Of a stretch of DNA of 64,000 nucleotides, positions 1-14,562 are shown in pieces. A program made the position numbers and the translations under genes. The stretch is from the NCBI RefSeq assembly GCF_024521635.1, contig NW_026250450.1, positions 1-64,000 on the forward strand, written 5' to 3'. How positions within the stretch are numbered: the stretch's first letter is position 1; each line of letters begins with the position of its first letter. Below the pieces are notes generated by a model. That model was not told the DNA's origin and did not search any database. It saw nothing but the letters and a program-made list of their open reading frames with translations. The DNA is from Tricharina praecox. Lineage: Eukaryota.

Positions 1-2740
1 CCAGCTTCGCATGGCGTGCAATTCCTCACAATTTGCTCGCCACGATCCTACGGGTGCTCGCTGCACAGGGCAGAAGCGGTGGAAACCCGAATCGATGCCC
101 CAAGCCGTTCTTCTGGGTGAGAGAAAGCGGCGTCCGTGCGGTGGAGAGCCTAGATCCCTCAGTCAACAGTCATCCCAGTCCCACGCCGAGCCACAGACCG
201 CCTCAATACCGGTTGGCGCGGAAACGCAGAACTCAATCGCTGTGGCTTCTCTGTTTTGTCTCGAACATTGTTTCGGCGTCGCGTGTATGTACACGGCGAT
301 TGGACCTGGCGCGAGCACGAGCGCGTCGACACGAATACGCCCCCCCCCTTCGCCCGGATGGAAACGTCCCCTTTCGGACAGGAGAGATCTCAGCCTGTCT
401 CACGAGTCACGTCTTCACGGTCGCCACCGGATACGTTCGGGACATTCACCCAGCCGTGCGCTGTTCCTCTACTCCAGTGTTGGGAACTTGCGAGAGAAAC
501 CTCGATGCAGCCCCGGCATCCGACCGATGGCTTTCGCGCTCGCGGCTCGGTCGCAGGACCGTGTACTCTAAGACACGAAATGCCGATGAACCGACGGGGG
601 TCCCTGGGCCCTGGTCGCCGCCGAATCGGCACGCCACGTCCAGGAGGAAGGAGATCCTTATCAGTGTCTCGCGCCGAGAGGCTTCCATTGTTGGCGATCA
701 CTTCCGACAGTAGAAATTGGAGAGGTCGGAAGAGCGGAACAAAAAGATGAAGTTATTGAAAAGACGGCCGGAGATGCATGCGATTTCTGTCTAAAAAGGG
801 GAAATAGGTGCATGCAACTTCTTTACCCGCATCGGAGCTGACGTCCCAACTGAATCGGTTTCCCGTACCCAGTTCTAGGAATCATGGGAATTCGAAGGTA
901 CCCAGGCAGTGCTGCCGTCTTGACTCTTTTGTTGAGTCGACATTTTCCCGCCACCTCCACTACCATCGTTGGTCGGTGAGATCCCCCACTCCCGGTCGAA
1001 CGGGAAACGAAAAAGACTGCTGCGTTTTTCTTTATTGTAAGTTCCAACCGCCGACACGTTCGTGCGCACTCTTCAGTGAGCTCTCCCACGCCGGACATCG
1101 CTCGAGCTGGCGCTACATAATACATGTCGTGATTCGTGATGATGTGCGTGATTTGCATAAAGTACAACCGTGAAGACCGTCACTGCGTCCGGTCCCGATT
1201 CAGAACAGATCCCGGAGCCGCAGACATATGCATATGTAGGATGCATAGCTGTACGTGGATGCATACTCCATCATTTGTAGATACGACAGGTGCGGCACGT
1301 AAAGCACTTGATACGTGATGATCTGGCCGCCTGCATCAGCGGCACGGGAAGCAGTGTGTATCTATAGCACCCAGTAGCAGCCAGGCCGCGTGCTCGGCGA
1401 ACCTCCACGTGTGGCCGTGAAAATGCAAGAGATGAACTCCGAAGATGAAAGTAGGGCCGGAAAATACATACCAGAGCTCAAGATCTCACTTCAGCTCGTC
1501 TCACTTCGTCTCACTCGAGTTGCTTCCGCTGTTTGCTGTCACTCCCGTTCGTTCGAGACTTGTCGGTTATGCGAGTTGCGAGCAATGTGGTGATATGTAT
1601 GAACCCGTCAGTCAAGAGATAGACATTCTGTACCGACTCTGAAGATCGGAAGCGAACCTCATTACTCTACGTGTCGGTTATGTGAGTTGTCTTGAATGTT
1701 GATTGAAGTTGCCTACTCTAAAGTACTGTGGAATAGTCAAGACACGATAGTGAATCACCGTGACAGCTCGGAAACAACACAACCACGTTCCATCCTCACT
1801 CAACTGGATACCATCTGTGTACCGGTAGCCTCGTGAGCTACAGGGCCGTCTGACGACTGTGAACAGCAGTTACACGGGCGGTGGAAGCCCAGATATCACC
1901 AAATCATAATATAGCACTCGGACTGCCGCTCATCACCGAATTTAGTAGGAGATTCACGCTAGTTACCGGCTTTGTCATGCTGTGTGGTAGCTACAAGATA
2001 CTAGTAGCTCACAGGTAATATGAAGAAATGCAAACACCAACTCCATCTTTCCGATTTCTTGCCAGAACACGTATCAAATTGGATTTTTCCTCCGTACAAA
2101 ATTACTTCCAGTGTGGTGTCACATCTCAGTCCTTCAATTCCTTAGGGAAGATCTTGTGTTTACCCACCGAGAAATATTGACACTAGTTTCCAGCGTCTTG
2201 GAAACAGATGGGCAATCGAATCTCCGGTCGGGAATCCTCCTGTTCGCCGAACTCGATTTCTCTCGATTCCTTACCCTTCACCCCCGGACCTGACTCATAT
2301 CGTTACCTACAAACCCAGATTTCTTGCGAGAAACAAGGCAGATCTCTTTCGATCGCCGTCTTGCTAGCAGTAGTATCGATGGGTTGAAACTTTCGCAGAC
2401 CCGGAATTCGAAATGAGGCTACGCAGTTTGAAATTTCCTATTTGGCGATCATTCCGTCCCACCGGCGCGGTTTATTTACTTTCAAATTTGCGGAACACCA
2501 AGGCAGGTAGTATGTTTCTAGCATTGTGTTTGTCGCTGGGGCTTCCGTCAGGGCCAGAGTTCCGAGAGGCAGTGCTCGCTGACCCCATCAATGATCAGCC
2601 ATCGCCGCAGACTTTCGGTGGCACTGGACCGTACCCGATGTCGGTAAACTGCTCTTGACTCTTAGCACAGTCCGAATGAGAAGTTGCAGATCCGGCTCTG
2701 GCTATTTGGGTACATAGTAGTTCCCGTTCGCAACTCGAGC

Positions 2741-2962
2741 TGCCAGCGAGGGAGGAGGAGTCCCGGTAGCCCCATCCCGAAAGCTCCACACATGTACAGA
2801 GGTGGATTCCCTTCGTCGGGATTCCTGCCAGCGAGGGAGTAGGGCTACCGGTAGCCCCATCCCGATAGCTCTACATATGTACAGAGATGGAATCTCTTCC
2901 TCGCGACTTCGACCAGCGACCGAAAGCCATATGTACAGAGGTGGATTCTCTTCATCGCGACT
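2741..2962. repeat. Degenerate tandem repeat, ~85-bp unit, about 2.5 copies
   Basis: TGCCAGCGAGGGAG...CCGGTAGCCCCATCCCGA..GCT...CA.ATGTACAGAG.TGGA starts at 2741 and 2826, with a partial third copy at ~2913-2962. Confidence 0.8.
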
Positions 2963-5900
2963 CCTCACAGCGTGATGTGCAGAAATACTCGCTAGAGTAA
3001 TGCGGGGTGGGATCGGGAGACCCATTGCTGTGCCTTCCAGCCGGGTGCTGGATGCTGGTGGCGATGGTCGGCGGTCATCATATGTGCATGGCGAGTCGGC
3101 ATATTCCGGAAACCTGTATCGAGACACGTTACGGACTACTGGTAGCAGTAGTGGAGTCCTGGTCATCGACGCTGTCGCCCGCTACCAGTAGCGTGTTCGG
3201 TCATGTGGAAGTGGATCTAGAATAGCATATGTATCTTAGTAACCCACGCACCCCCCACAAAAAACATCGTCACCGCCGCAGCAACATCACTCCACTTTGA
3301 AGGCATTCTCTAAATAAACGTCGCATGACCTGTTTAAAGGTTACATACCCGATTGATTTTCGCATGTACCGCCAACAGGTTGCGCATGTAACTTGCACCC
3401 GAAGCTGCAGCGCCGTCTCGACTCGATGCTGGCGTGTCTTGGTTCCCGATGGGTGGGTTTACCGGGAGTAAGTGGAGACCTCGTGATGTGCGTGAGAACA
3501 GGTAGTGCCCTCAACAAATTGGGTGAAACAAGTTTGTTTCTCTACTATGATAGCTTTCGTCGGAGGAGCTCCGCTTATCTCTCACAGCCCAGTTCCTGCT
3601 CCGGGTTAATCCCATTGGGTCCCAGCTAGAGCCCCGTCGTAGCGTTAGCCTTGGACCACCCTTATCAGATTACATCAGATACAATATGTGCGGAGAGCGA
3701 TCGCCGTGATGCTCGGGTGGCCGTACAACAACTTTGCTCGCCCACACCTATCGCGATCCCAAATACGCAGCTGCACCACCAAAATCGGCCAGCAAAACGT
3801 ACAACTCCATTCCTTCGTACAAAACCAACATCTCCTTTCCTGCTTTCTAAGCACAGGATTACGGCATGTACCGACATTAATCGATCAACTACCTACATGT
3901 AGTTAGGCAAACCGTTGACAGCCTACAGGCCAACGTCCTGCCGATCCTCGCTAAATAAGGCTAAGCGACATTGTCAACAGCGACGACTCGACGAGCGGGA
4001 ACGACAACGGCGTAAGCTACGCCACCCGCCTACTACTACACACCTTCACCAAGCCACAGCCTGAAATTTATCTGGACAGCTTGAGTTCTTGTCGCTGGCA
4101 GCTCGAACCGTCACATCAAACTGCGGGACAAACTTGGTTTCATCGTTGGCGGACTACAGCCCATCCCTTTCCCGTCCTCGTGTCAGCTCTAAACTTCAGG
4201 CCGTTAGATGCCGCGTGTCATCCAAGGCCCAAGCAAAGTTGTTGTTCTATGTACGTGCAAGCTCCAACAGCGGGATAACTATCTACCGACTCTGGAAACG
4301 AGCGATGATCGCAGGAGGTGAAACCGTGAAAGTGGCAAAGTGCTCGAGAAACATCCTGCCGGTGACGGATCTCCGCTCTGAAATTTACGAAGCTCACCAT
4401 CTACTGCAGTGACCGGTCATCTCTCATCGAAGATTTACGGACTCCCGCGACGTCACCACAATCAAGAGATTCGAGACGCCATTCCGCCGACGACGAGTGG
4501 TCGAGCCGGACAGTCCATCGTCTCACCATCGCTTCCGAACTGCCGAAATAGCGCCCCGTCGCCCCGTTCCACCGCTATTCGAGCGCGACTTTTCATTCCA
4601 AAATCCTGATTCCTCACCATGGCACAGTCCTTTTCGTGGTCCGTTCGCTGCCGCTTTACCGGGTTTCCGTGGAGGTCGGACACACGAGTGACGAGCGCCA
4701 TAATCGTGCCCCTATCTTTCTTACAATACGCTCGAATATGGATCATACGATACGCCTCAAGGCTCCACCGCAGTTCCTCGCCAAGAATGACTAGCTTCAG
4801 ACGTTGGAACTTGGAAATCCCGTTTTATGTACTACGGATGCTGCCGGATAACCAGCACGGCCGTGAAGGGTGACGCTTGGAGAGGACCGAGAACAATGAA
4901 CGTCAATTCATTGCCGTATACGGCCTGTCTACTCTTGACTGTGGCGACCCCCTTATTCGACAATTCTTACCAGGAGCGTGGAGGCTTAGATGCGTGAGAG
5001 TGCCGACAACATCATACGATCGCGGGGGGCCGGTTGAAGAGCTACCTACTGTAGGTCACGTGGAACAGCCGTGGGGGAGGCATTTATCGGCTGTGAGCGA
5101 TGGGGCCACCGGACGGAGCGGGATACTCAAGGGTGTCAATAGGGGATGAAGGCAGCAAGCTTGCTTTACACCTCGAGCGTTCGTACAGAGATCTCCGCGG
5201 TCATCGTCGCTCCTATTTCGCCGTCGGCCGGTCGAAGAAAGTTGGAAAGAACGGAACACTGTAACGGACTAGCCGGCAGATGGAATAAATAGATAAAGCG
5301 GAGGATGTGTACCTGCTTTCTCCTGAGTCTTGTTTTCTTTTCCGTGTGGGTTCGCTGTGCTCTTGGCGTGTGGAATATGTTTGTCGGGTAGGTAGGAATG
5401 CGCGGCACAGGGACGCGATTTAATGATACAGGTTCATAGTTCTTCAATGAATAGACAGCGATAGATGTTACTTTGATAGTAATTGTACCCAGTGGTTCAC
5501 CCACTTGAACTGTCTTGATTCTCTCTATATGTGCCTCGATACTGTGACAAGGTCCGTTGGAGCCGCTCCCGCCTCTTCCGGCAGTCTTTTCCCCATCAAT
5601 ACCTCCACTTAATTGTGATCTTAGTGTTTGAGACTGTCATGAACTGTCTACCAATAGTATGGGATTGTAGATAGCTGCCAAAGCAATTGCAAGCTCCTAC
5701 CTGTCCGTAGCGCTACTGCGGCGGTGCACACGGTTTTTCGGCGGTAGAACGCAACCGTGGCAGTGCGCGTGACTCTCGATATGTGGCTTCGCAATGAATA
5801 ACTTGTACAGATATCACGGGAAATTCAAAGCGCTAGCTCATACCATGCAGTATTGCAGTTCTGTACATCTTTACTACAACCTGTAATGTTTGTGTGTTGC

Positions 5901-6189
5901 GAGGTAGACGTAAAAAGGTTCTCGGATGTGCTCGTGACTACGGAATTACGTCATTAAAAAGTAGCAAGTTTGTTCCACTCAAAAGACCGGTGCTCGTTCC
6001 GCTCAAAAGTACGGTAGAAACTTCTATGTTGCACGTCAGGCGGAGCCTCACCGTATAGTTGTTGCTGCCTTTTCTTCCCTCCTCTTCCCCTTCTCTTCCT
6101 CTCCTCTTCACATCACAACAACAATAATACTTAACAACAAGTATAACAACACCACATCGAGGCGAATTATCAACACTTATCATTAGCTC

Positions 6190-9100
6190 TACCTACAGAG
6201 CGCAGATTCAGAAACAAAAACTGACACATCTAACTCGGCGACAAGGTTCGTAGTATTCTTTTCGCCATGCTCCGGCGTGTCAGAATTCTTCGACCCCCGC
6301 CTCTCATTGTCGCCAAATGCTAACTGATCGCGGGGGGAAGCAGCGACAGTACCAGTGTTGGTAAGCTGTTCGCCGCGGCACATGCGATCGAGGTCCAAGA
6401 CAGTTCGTCCTGTTTTACCTACTGGCCTTGTTCGCGCTGTGAAGGGGCGAGGGATTCCATCTCGCCGCCCCAGAGAAGCAGCGACAGTGACAGTATTGGT
6501 CAACTCTTCGCCGATGATGACGCACAGTTGTCGACAGCAGCCGGCCAGCACTACCTCTCTGCGTCGCTCCTCGGCGAGTGCCTCCTTGACCGTGTATCGA
6601 AGTGGAAGCGGGTGGTGGAGGAACGTGTCAAGCTCGAAATGTACATTGTGCGCCTCTAGAGGACTGGTCGAAGACCACCCGTGGGGAGGAAGAAGTTCGC
6701 AATATGCGAACGAAAGCAGTAAGCAATCTCACCTAGAAATATATCTACAAGAGTCTAATCGTTTCAAAGCGCAGTAAACACTGCATACCGGCATCCCGAT
6801 GCCGAACTGCCAATAAGTTGGCAGTTCAACCAGTTATCGGGTTCAAACCTCTTACGAAGTGCGGATATGTTGGCAGTTAAATCTGTTTTGTGGTTCTCCC
6901 CATGGTTGACTCCCCAGGCTGCTCTGGTGGCGATGCTGGGCTGTCTCATGACGCTCGTGTTTGCTTCTAGACTCCAAAGATGCCGGACACGAACGAAGAG
7001 ATACCGATGCCAGTGAGGGTCGGAGACGCGAATCAATCTGTGCCTGCCGTCGAACCCGGTCATCTACCCATTGCGGCGCCCGCTCCCCACGTGTCGTATC
7101 GGAACCAAACCATCACGGTCGAAAGCCGCCCTGCTGAATCGACGCCAAAAGATATCCGGGACCTTTCCGGCTTCGACTTGGTGCCGATCCGCGAGTGGGC
7201 TCTCGCCAACTTTATGTCGATATACCCGGGATTCGCCGAGCTCGAGGCCAAATTCTAATCACAACCAGAGGCTCACCAAAACACCCTGGTGGGGCGGAGA
7301 GCGCAGCACTGCCAATCATTTGGCGGCGTTGCTTCAAGCTGTGCACACTTTGTGTGCCAGCTTGGATGGAGCCGGGGTCCCGGCCCCGCGCCCCAGCCTT
7401 CTGATGTTGCCGGCTTTGGGCCCGGACGCCATGCAGGCTTTCATAAAGAAATACGCACACCTCCTCGGAATGCCGAAATCCACCAAGAAACCTTGGTGGG
7501 CTGGAGGGCGCAACACTGCCAATACGTTGGCGGTGTTGCTTCAAGCTGTGCACAGTTTAGGTGCCAGCTTGGATGGACCCGGGCCCCGGCCCGGCGCTCC
7601 TACCATCTGAGGCTGCGAGTTTGGAGCCTATCAGCGAGTCGGGCGAGGACGCTGCATTCCGGTTCATTAATCAATTCTTGAAGCCATGGCTCATGAGCCT
7701 ACCTCCGCGGACGAGTGAGCGAATAATCGCGAATCCGGAACCAGAGGACTGGGTCCAGAACACTCACCTCCGCGACAATGCGACATACGAAACCTGCAAG
7801 CAACCTTGGGGGCCTGGAGGGCGCAACACTGCCAATAGTTTGGCGGTGTTGCTTCAAGCTGTGCACACTTAGTATGCCAGCTGGATGGAACCGGGGTCCC
7901 GGCCCCGCGCTCCAGCCCTCTGAGGCTCCGAGTAGCTGGAGCCTATCAGCGAGTCCGACGAGGGCGCTGCATTCTGGTTCATCGATTCGATCCGTGAGGC
8001 AATTGCCTATGGGCCTACCTCCGCAGACGAGTGGGTGAATAATCGCTAATCCGGAACTAGAGGACTGGGTCGAGAATACCCACCGCCGCGACCTACGAAA
8101 CCAACAAGCAACCTTGAGACCTGGAGGGCGCAACACTGCCAATATGTTGGCGGAGTTGCCTGATGGAGGTGGAGATGGAACGCCCTCCCATCCCGGCAAT
8201 GCCGGAAGACCAGTTTCGACTGGTACCACCAGAGATGGTGGGTGAGGGGAGGTGGAGGGGGAAGGGGATGGGGTGGATTTGGAGGATGTGTGGAGGTGGA
8301 GGGGGAGGTGGAAGAGGTGGAAGTGGAGGAGGCGGCTTCGGATCCGAATACGGCCGCTAAGAGCGCTGCAGACATCGAGGGCACGATGAACGACACACCC
8401 ACCAGAAACAAGGGAGAGGCGAAGGAGATTGTCAAGGGGAAGGAGAAGGCAATCCCCAAGTCAGAATCGGTCACGAAAAAGACAGGCGGCTAAGGCTGAG
8501 GCTGAGGCCAAGGGGCTGAAAAAGGCTGCACCGAAGAAAAGTGAGGCCAAAGAGGTCCAGCTGGGATTCGACTCTCAAGCTCGTTACTGTGAGTGGTCCG
8601 ATGCCTCCGGCTATCATGAAGATAAAACATGTCGAGGACCCAAATTTCGAGTTTCTGGCAATCTCGCATCCGCTCCCAGTGATTGCGCTTAGATTTCGAG
8701 GTTTCCACAAGGAGCGTTTCACGTTTCCCGGCATTGCCAGAAGCCTAGTTTCGACTGGTCTCACCAGAGATGGTGGGTGAGGGGAGATGAAGGAGGTGGG
8801 GGGGAGAGGATGAGATGGATGTGGAGGAGGGTGCAGGTGGAGGGGGATGTGGAGGAGGTGGGCGAGGCCGGTCCAAGACGCTGATCCGCTGGGCTGAGAT
8901 GAAATTGTAAGTCAACCCTTGGTGCTGTGCTTACTGCATGAGCCAATTATCTCAGCCAAATCCCCGAGTTTTACTTACGCTTCGAGAAGCACTCGAAGGA
9001 GCTAGTCAAGTACGCACGCCTCATCAACGATCCCAATAGCGACTGGACGGATCAAACCTATAAGAACCTGATCAACACGATGGTCAACGTCCTTCGATAT

Positions 9101-9499
9101 GACGAGAAGACACCGGCGGAGAAGAAAATGGGGATTGATCCTACCATTTTTCATGAGTCTGCACGAGCACTGACTACTCTGCCGGCCGACAGCTTAGAAA
9201 CCTGGGCTATCACTAGGGCTCTGATCGAGGTGTGGCACGATGGCAGCAGGCCCCTCAGGCGCGATAGCCCGGCTTCGTGGGCTCAGCTAGAAGAGGACAT
9301 TGACAGTGAACACGACGAATTTCGACTTCGGCTAATTTCTAAATTGATCAACTTAGTACTCAACACTCACACTTACCACGAGTGGGTGGATGCTGGTGCT
9401 TCTGTCGAGAAGATGTACAGGCAAAAAAAAAGAAGAAAAAAAGAAAGAAAAGAAGAAGAAAAAAAGAAAGAAAAAAATAGGTGGGGGGGAAGAGGATGA
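6190..9499 (+). pseudogene. Degenerate multi-exon gene relic(s) of unknown family, with internal duplications
   Basis: CT/CA-rich leader at 6065-6170. Intron-like segments: GTTCGT..GCTAAC..AG (~6246-6340), GTAAGC..TCTAAT..CAG (~6719-6774), GTAAGT..CAG (~8907-8955). Protein-like frames (LGECLLDRVSKWKRVVEERVKLE; IPEFYLRFEKHSKELVKYARLIND...LVLNTHTYHEWVDAG) are broken by stops and frameshifts. Boundaries are approximate. Confidence 0.45.
7284..8163 (+). repeat. Four-copy degenerate tandem repeat encoding PW(W/G)xGGRNTANxLAxLLQAVH
   Basis: Copies start at ~7284, ~7491, ~7805 and ~8111 (partial). They share GCGCA.CACTGCCAAT...TTGGCGG.GTTGC, and the full copies continue TTCAAGCTGTGCAC. The last two units are ~310 bp. 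Confidence 0.85.
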
Positions 9500-10509
9500 G
9501 GTGGACGTGGAGGAGGTGTGGAGGTGGACGTGGAGGGGGAGGTGGAGGAGGGGGAGGAGGGGGAGGTGTGAGAGCTGGAAGAGGTGGAGGGGGAGGTTGA
9601 AGAGGTGGAAGTGGAGGAGGCGGCTTCGGACCCGAACATGGCGCGGTTGATCTCGCTACGTTTGCAAAAGAGGCGTGCGTTGACCCTGCAGACATTGAGC
9701 GCATGATGAACGACACACCCACTGGGAACAAGAGAAACGCCAAGGACATATTCAAGGCCGAAGTGAGCGGAAGTGGGGAAGTGGGGGAGGGAGGAAATAT
9801 GTGGCGGGCAGCAGTACCGCCGGAAAGCAGATGGTTGCACCGCTTGTGCACCTGTCTTTGGGGCCGGTGCACAAATGGGACGACCACTTGCGGGTAAATG
9901 GCTGTAGGTTTTCCCTCCACATTCTTTGCCTCATTGCTTCTTTGCGGTATTAGCTACTTGGTATACACTCTAGAGGTACAATTAAATACTAGTACCACTA
10001 TACTATTACTTTTCTTCTACCCCAAACCCTCAGTTCTCTTCTGCATGCCGTCCAGATCATGTGACCACTGACCTCCTTTTTGCGTGTTATTCAGTTTGAC
10101 CAGTTCCAACGGGAGATCCGATATCCTCGTATTTCAGTTCGAAGCTTGCTATAGCCGGTTCACTGCAGTTGAAAAATAACCGTCCAACCTGTTTGCACTG
10201 TTCACAGATTCTGACCCAATCCAAGCTGCGTGGAGCTATCCGTCACAAAGCAATGTGTACATCCATACCGCCAGTCGGCAGAGAATCTTGGCGGTACGAG
10301 CTCGTGACTACCGACGAGTTCGGCGACCTCGAAGTCAGGTGGGAAGAGTTGATGGTGATCGGTCTGAAGGGGTCACTTTGCTCCGCCATTATTCGGATTG
10401 GCCGGCATGGATGGCAGTAGATAGCACTATCGGAGCTGTGCGGAATAAACTTAGGGATTTATATCCACAGAGCCAGACTTCCTTGCTGCCTAGACTGGAT
10501 CATGTGAGA

Positions 10510-10752
10510 TCTAGTAGCTGGTAGCTGGTCAAACGAGTGCTCGACGCTGCTATTCTCACTTTTTGAACTCGCAGATCATGTGATATCACCCGATGCGGGG
10601 AAAAAAACTTGAGGATTTCTATCTACAGGGCTTGACTTCTTTGCTTTTCAATATCGAAGAAAATGAGGTCTAGTAGCTGGTAGGTAATTGAATGAATACT
10701 AGACGCTGCTAAAATCTCGCATTTGGTCTCGAGGATCATGCTGTATCACCCG
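10510..10752. repeat. Direct duplication, ~85-bp unit at ~160-bp spacing
   Basis: TCTAGTAGCTGGTAG...GACGCTGCTA...GATCATG..TATCACCCG at ~10510-10592 and ~10669-10752. Confidence 0.7.
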
Positions 10753-13700
10753 TGATCTGCATAAACACTTCTCCGCTGTCAGGTTCGCGTATTTGATCAG
10801 CCAACAGCTTTAACTACTAAAGGCGCTTACTGGAAATAATTCTACCAATACGTATGGCAATATACATCCACTTCCGAAATGATGGAAAGTATGTTTCACG
10901 CAAAGTCACTCGTTATTTCATTTCTCCTCGAGACTGCCATATTTCTGCCTTAACGAGTGCTTACAGCTCTTCATCTCCAGTAAGCTGGGACTAAATAACA
11001 TTTCGAAGGTAAGATAATCATTTTCTGTGTGTTTGGTAATGGCGGAATGAGATAAGTGTGGGTATACATGTTCAGCAGATATATGCAACTTGATGAGGAT
11101 AACCAAAAGCATCACAGCGATAAGCGATCGTTTCCCACAGAGGAGTGAGGACGCAGCAATTGCCGTCATAAGAGAATCATGCTGTAGTATCGTAGAAGGC
11201 ATTGTTAAACCCGTTGTTTTTCCTTCTCCGCTTCCAGTCCTTCGAAGTCGACTACTCCATCCAACCACGATGCATGACTCACATCTCACTCGCACCGCCA
11301 CATGCCAATAGCAGGATGTAGCTTCGCATTATTTAGGCATGATATCTAGCCACCGCGACACCATTCTTTATAAAACCCGTTCTATATAACAACTGCCTCA
11401 TAGGACAAGACGTGCGCAATGCATAATCCAATCCGGCACTCGCCCCGTTCACCTACGCCACCTTCGCCACCTTCGCCACCACCGCAGCTACCACCCCGTA
11501 TTTTGCTCGCCTGCGCTGCGATAGGAAAATCCACCGACCAGCGACGTGAAAAGTTCCCCTTCTTCAGCCGTCGAGGAGGAAACAAGTTGGGGTATGTAGA
11601 GTACGTTATTTAATTCTCGTAGCAACCTTACTGTGGTATGGCGCAGCGCTGTGGGGAGGCTAGTGGGAAACCGTTGTGAGATTTTTTTTTCGAGTGAGAC
11701 CGTGGCGTGGCGGGTTAAATTACGCCCGAAGGATGTCGTTCCGCGCCGGCTTACCCCCGGCTGCAAGCCTGCAAGCCCGCCGCACAACTTCCGCCGCCCC
11801 CACCGCCCCACACGCCACGGCCATGGTCATTGGTCGCCGCTTCACCACCCCTGAAGACCCCTGTTCTCCATCGAATCTAGTAATTACCCCACTAGCCTGC
11901 TTCTCGCGGGATCCGAGCACCAAGCCGTTGCCTAAGCGTTGCGCCTGGTTGTACTGGTGTGTAGAGTAAGCACTCGGGCCTCACGCCTCGAGTCTTGGTA
12001 GAAGATGCGTTCACGTCTTGACGGGGTGTTGTGAAATTCAGGCACGCTTCTGCTGCTGGTGCGATCGGCTGCGTAGTAGTTATAGTATTCGGATAGATTG
12101 GGGTGGTGGCGCTTGCAGCACCGTCCGAATACTTGCGAGTCCGACTGCTTTGGTGACTGGTAATTCAATACGAAACCTGCGGAGTCCTCAGCAGATGATC
12201 TGCAACTACAGTACGATCCTGGCAATATGGCGATCATCATCACCAGTCAAGGGAGCGAAGAGTAGGTATTATATCTAGTTACAATTTCAGGCGAGATTAC
12301 GAGTCGATCTCCCGCTGGCGACCGTTTGGCTGTTCAAAGGTGGTGAGGCAAAACGAGCTCTCGGCTTGCGTCACTGATGTGTTTTCCCAGTGAAGTTGAC
12401 CGTTGACACTTGAAGTGGTGTTTTGCACGTTTCCGGCTGGCCCGGGGTTGAGGGGATGTGTCGTAAGCTGTTTTCTTCAGTGTCACGAAGGCTTTGGGGC
12501 TTGCCCGAGCTTCGTTCGGCCAGAGGACTCATGTCGGGGGATGGTGTAAGATTCCATAAATACTACATATACTGTAGCTGATCTCTTGTTTGACGGTTTT
12601 GTCGAGTGATGCTTTTGAGCCGAGTTGCAAATTTGGGCTTTGCTGCCCGGACTTGCCACGTCACCTCCGCAACCGGGCTGCCGTGTATGTGTATGTACAA
12701 GCTGAAGTCCTCCGGGCAAGCTAGACGTAATCACAGGCTCCTCCGGTCTGCACACTTTCTACGCCGTGAAAGAAAATCATCATCATGACGAGACACGATA
12801 ATCACGGTATCTACAGCAGCAACACATAGCCACGTCAGGACGCTCAGGAGCTCATGCTACATAGACACTTGATATGTATTATCGATGCCGGTGGTGTCGC
12901 GAGTAAGGAGATTTATTATGTGGCCATGGTGGAAGATGCAGAATTGTTGGATCCGAAATCTGGAATGCAACATGATGAGGATCGACAGTGACACTTGAGA
13001 CAGGAGAACGAGGGTCGTAGATCGCATATGGGTAGTAGAGCATGCTGCATACGAGATGGCCAATCCCACCTGAGTCCTCAGCACCTCTACGCTCGTCGCA
13101 AGTTGTAATACATAATCCACATCCGCCACCAAGATTTGACCCACTCAGGATTGCTGGCGGCCGGATGAAGCGAGAAGTTTGCTGTTTGGTGTTGGGAAGC
13201 GGGTAAATAACAACTTCCTCGAGTGCGGCGTACGTAAGACCTCTTCGAATAAAATGCCGGCCGTGTTTCCTGCGTGAGCATAATGTCTTGGACTCGTCAC
13301 TCCTGACTCCTGACTCACCCGTGCCGGCGGCTCCTTTCCTCTTTCTTCTAGCGACTCAAGAGCTGACCAAAGGCCGCGTACTCTATTGATACCATTTTCT
13401 CCCTCGTCTTAGCGCAGCAGCAGCATAAAGCTAGTGTGCAAAAAAAAAAAAAAGAAAGGCACCGCCAACAACATCGGAGGTCAATCCTGAGAACAGCTAG
13501 CTGCTATAGGTAGTCTAATCTACTCTGCCTATTTCTCCCGTGCCCACGTGTCGTGCAGCCTTGTCCGTCTGTCCGAAATGCATCTTGCCCGCCAGCCAGC
13601 CTTCTGTTTTCGGCGTGCGTGCGTGTGTGCAGAAGGTCGATATCTACGTACTAGTAGAGTAGCGGGAGAGGATGATTCGTGTCCCTCCCACCATATGTCA

Positions 13701-14424
13701 CAGGAGGTCACGGCTCACCCACAATTGAGCTAGAAAGTCAGCGCTCTAGCCGGCGGCGGGCCGGGAGTCATATGTAGTAGCGTCGTCCGGGCGAGTTCGA
13801 TTGGCGTTCTTCGGGAATTGGGGTTGCTCTATAACAGGGCTGACAGTTAATTGAGATCTTCGGTTCGTTGGTTGACAGCAACGGCGCTCGGCCTGAGCTG
13901 TCACCTCTGACAAAATTTGAATTCTCCATGTGCCCACAGCGGCTGAAAACGACTTGTCAGAGCGCTGTGTACCTCTCTTTGAGTAATTCAGAGCCCGTGA
14001 CCGAACGAATTGGTATCCATCCATTTCCACAAGGGGTCGGGGGCGGTACGGGAGCTCCCACCTGAACGTCCAATGCAGCTAGCTCAGCCGACGCTGTCCA
14101 TACTTTCTTTTTAAGCATAATCCAGCAGCGTCGATCATTCTACTTACCGATCATCATGACCGGCCCGCAACGGGATATCCTCCACAGCATGTATCCACAT
14201 GCATACGTACGCAGAGTAATGCCATCTCTAGCCGCACACCGGCGATCGTTAACAGAACTCACTCCGGAGCTAACGACAATGCATCCGAAAGCGATCATGC
14301 AACGTGCCGCTTTTCGTCGTCGTGAGTCGTGACGAATCGGCCGGCAAGGAGTTGGTATTCGTGTGCCGAGTATCATAACAACAAACTGCAGTGACCGGCC
14401 GGTGGGTGCGCACTGCGGTGCGGG

Positions 14425-14430
14425 TATAAG
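14425..14430 (+). promoter_or_regulatory. Putative TATA box of precursor gene A
   Basis: TATAAG 138 bp upstream of ATG 14563; the paralog has the same motif at a similar distance. Confidence 0.5.
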
Positions 14431-14562
14431 GTGGCCTCGCACGCCAGCTTCAGAGCCCAGCATCTCAGCATCCACCGCCTCGAACACTCTTCTCCTACAT
14501 ACTAGTACACTACCTTAATCCCCACTCCTCCCCTCCTCACTACTTAATACACTATCTTCACC

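Noticed and set aside
11..750. Three overlapping long ORFs at the window start
   Set aside because: No recognisable motif or consistent codon bias; GC-rich sequence gives such ORFs by chance
10918..11301. GSGEGKT as a P-loop NTPase fragment
   Set aside because: No preceding hydrophobic strand or Walker B motif; likely chance or too decayed to call
11700..11820. 10-bp inverted repeat CCGTGGCGTG/CACGCCACGG as a MITE
   Set aside because: Short, and no target-site duplication could be identified
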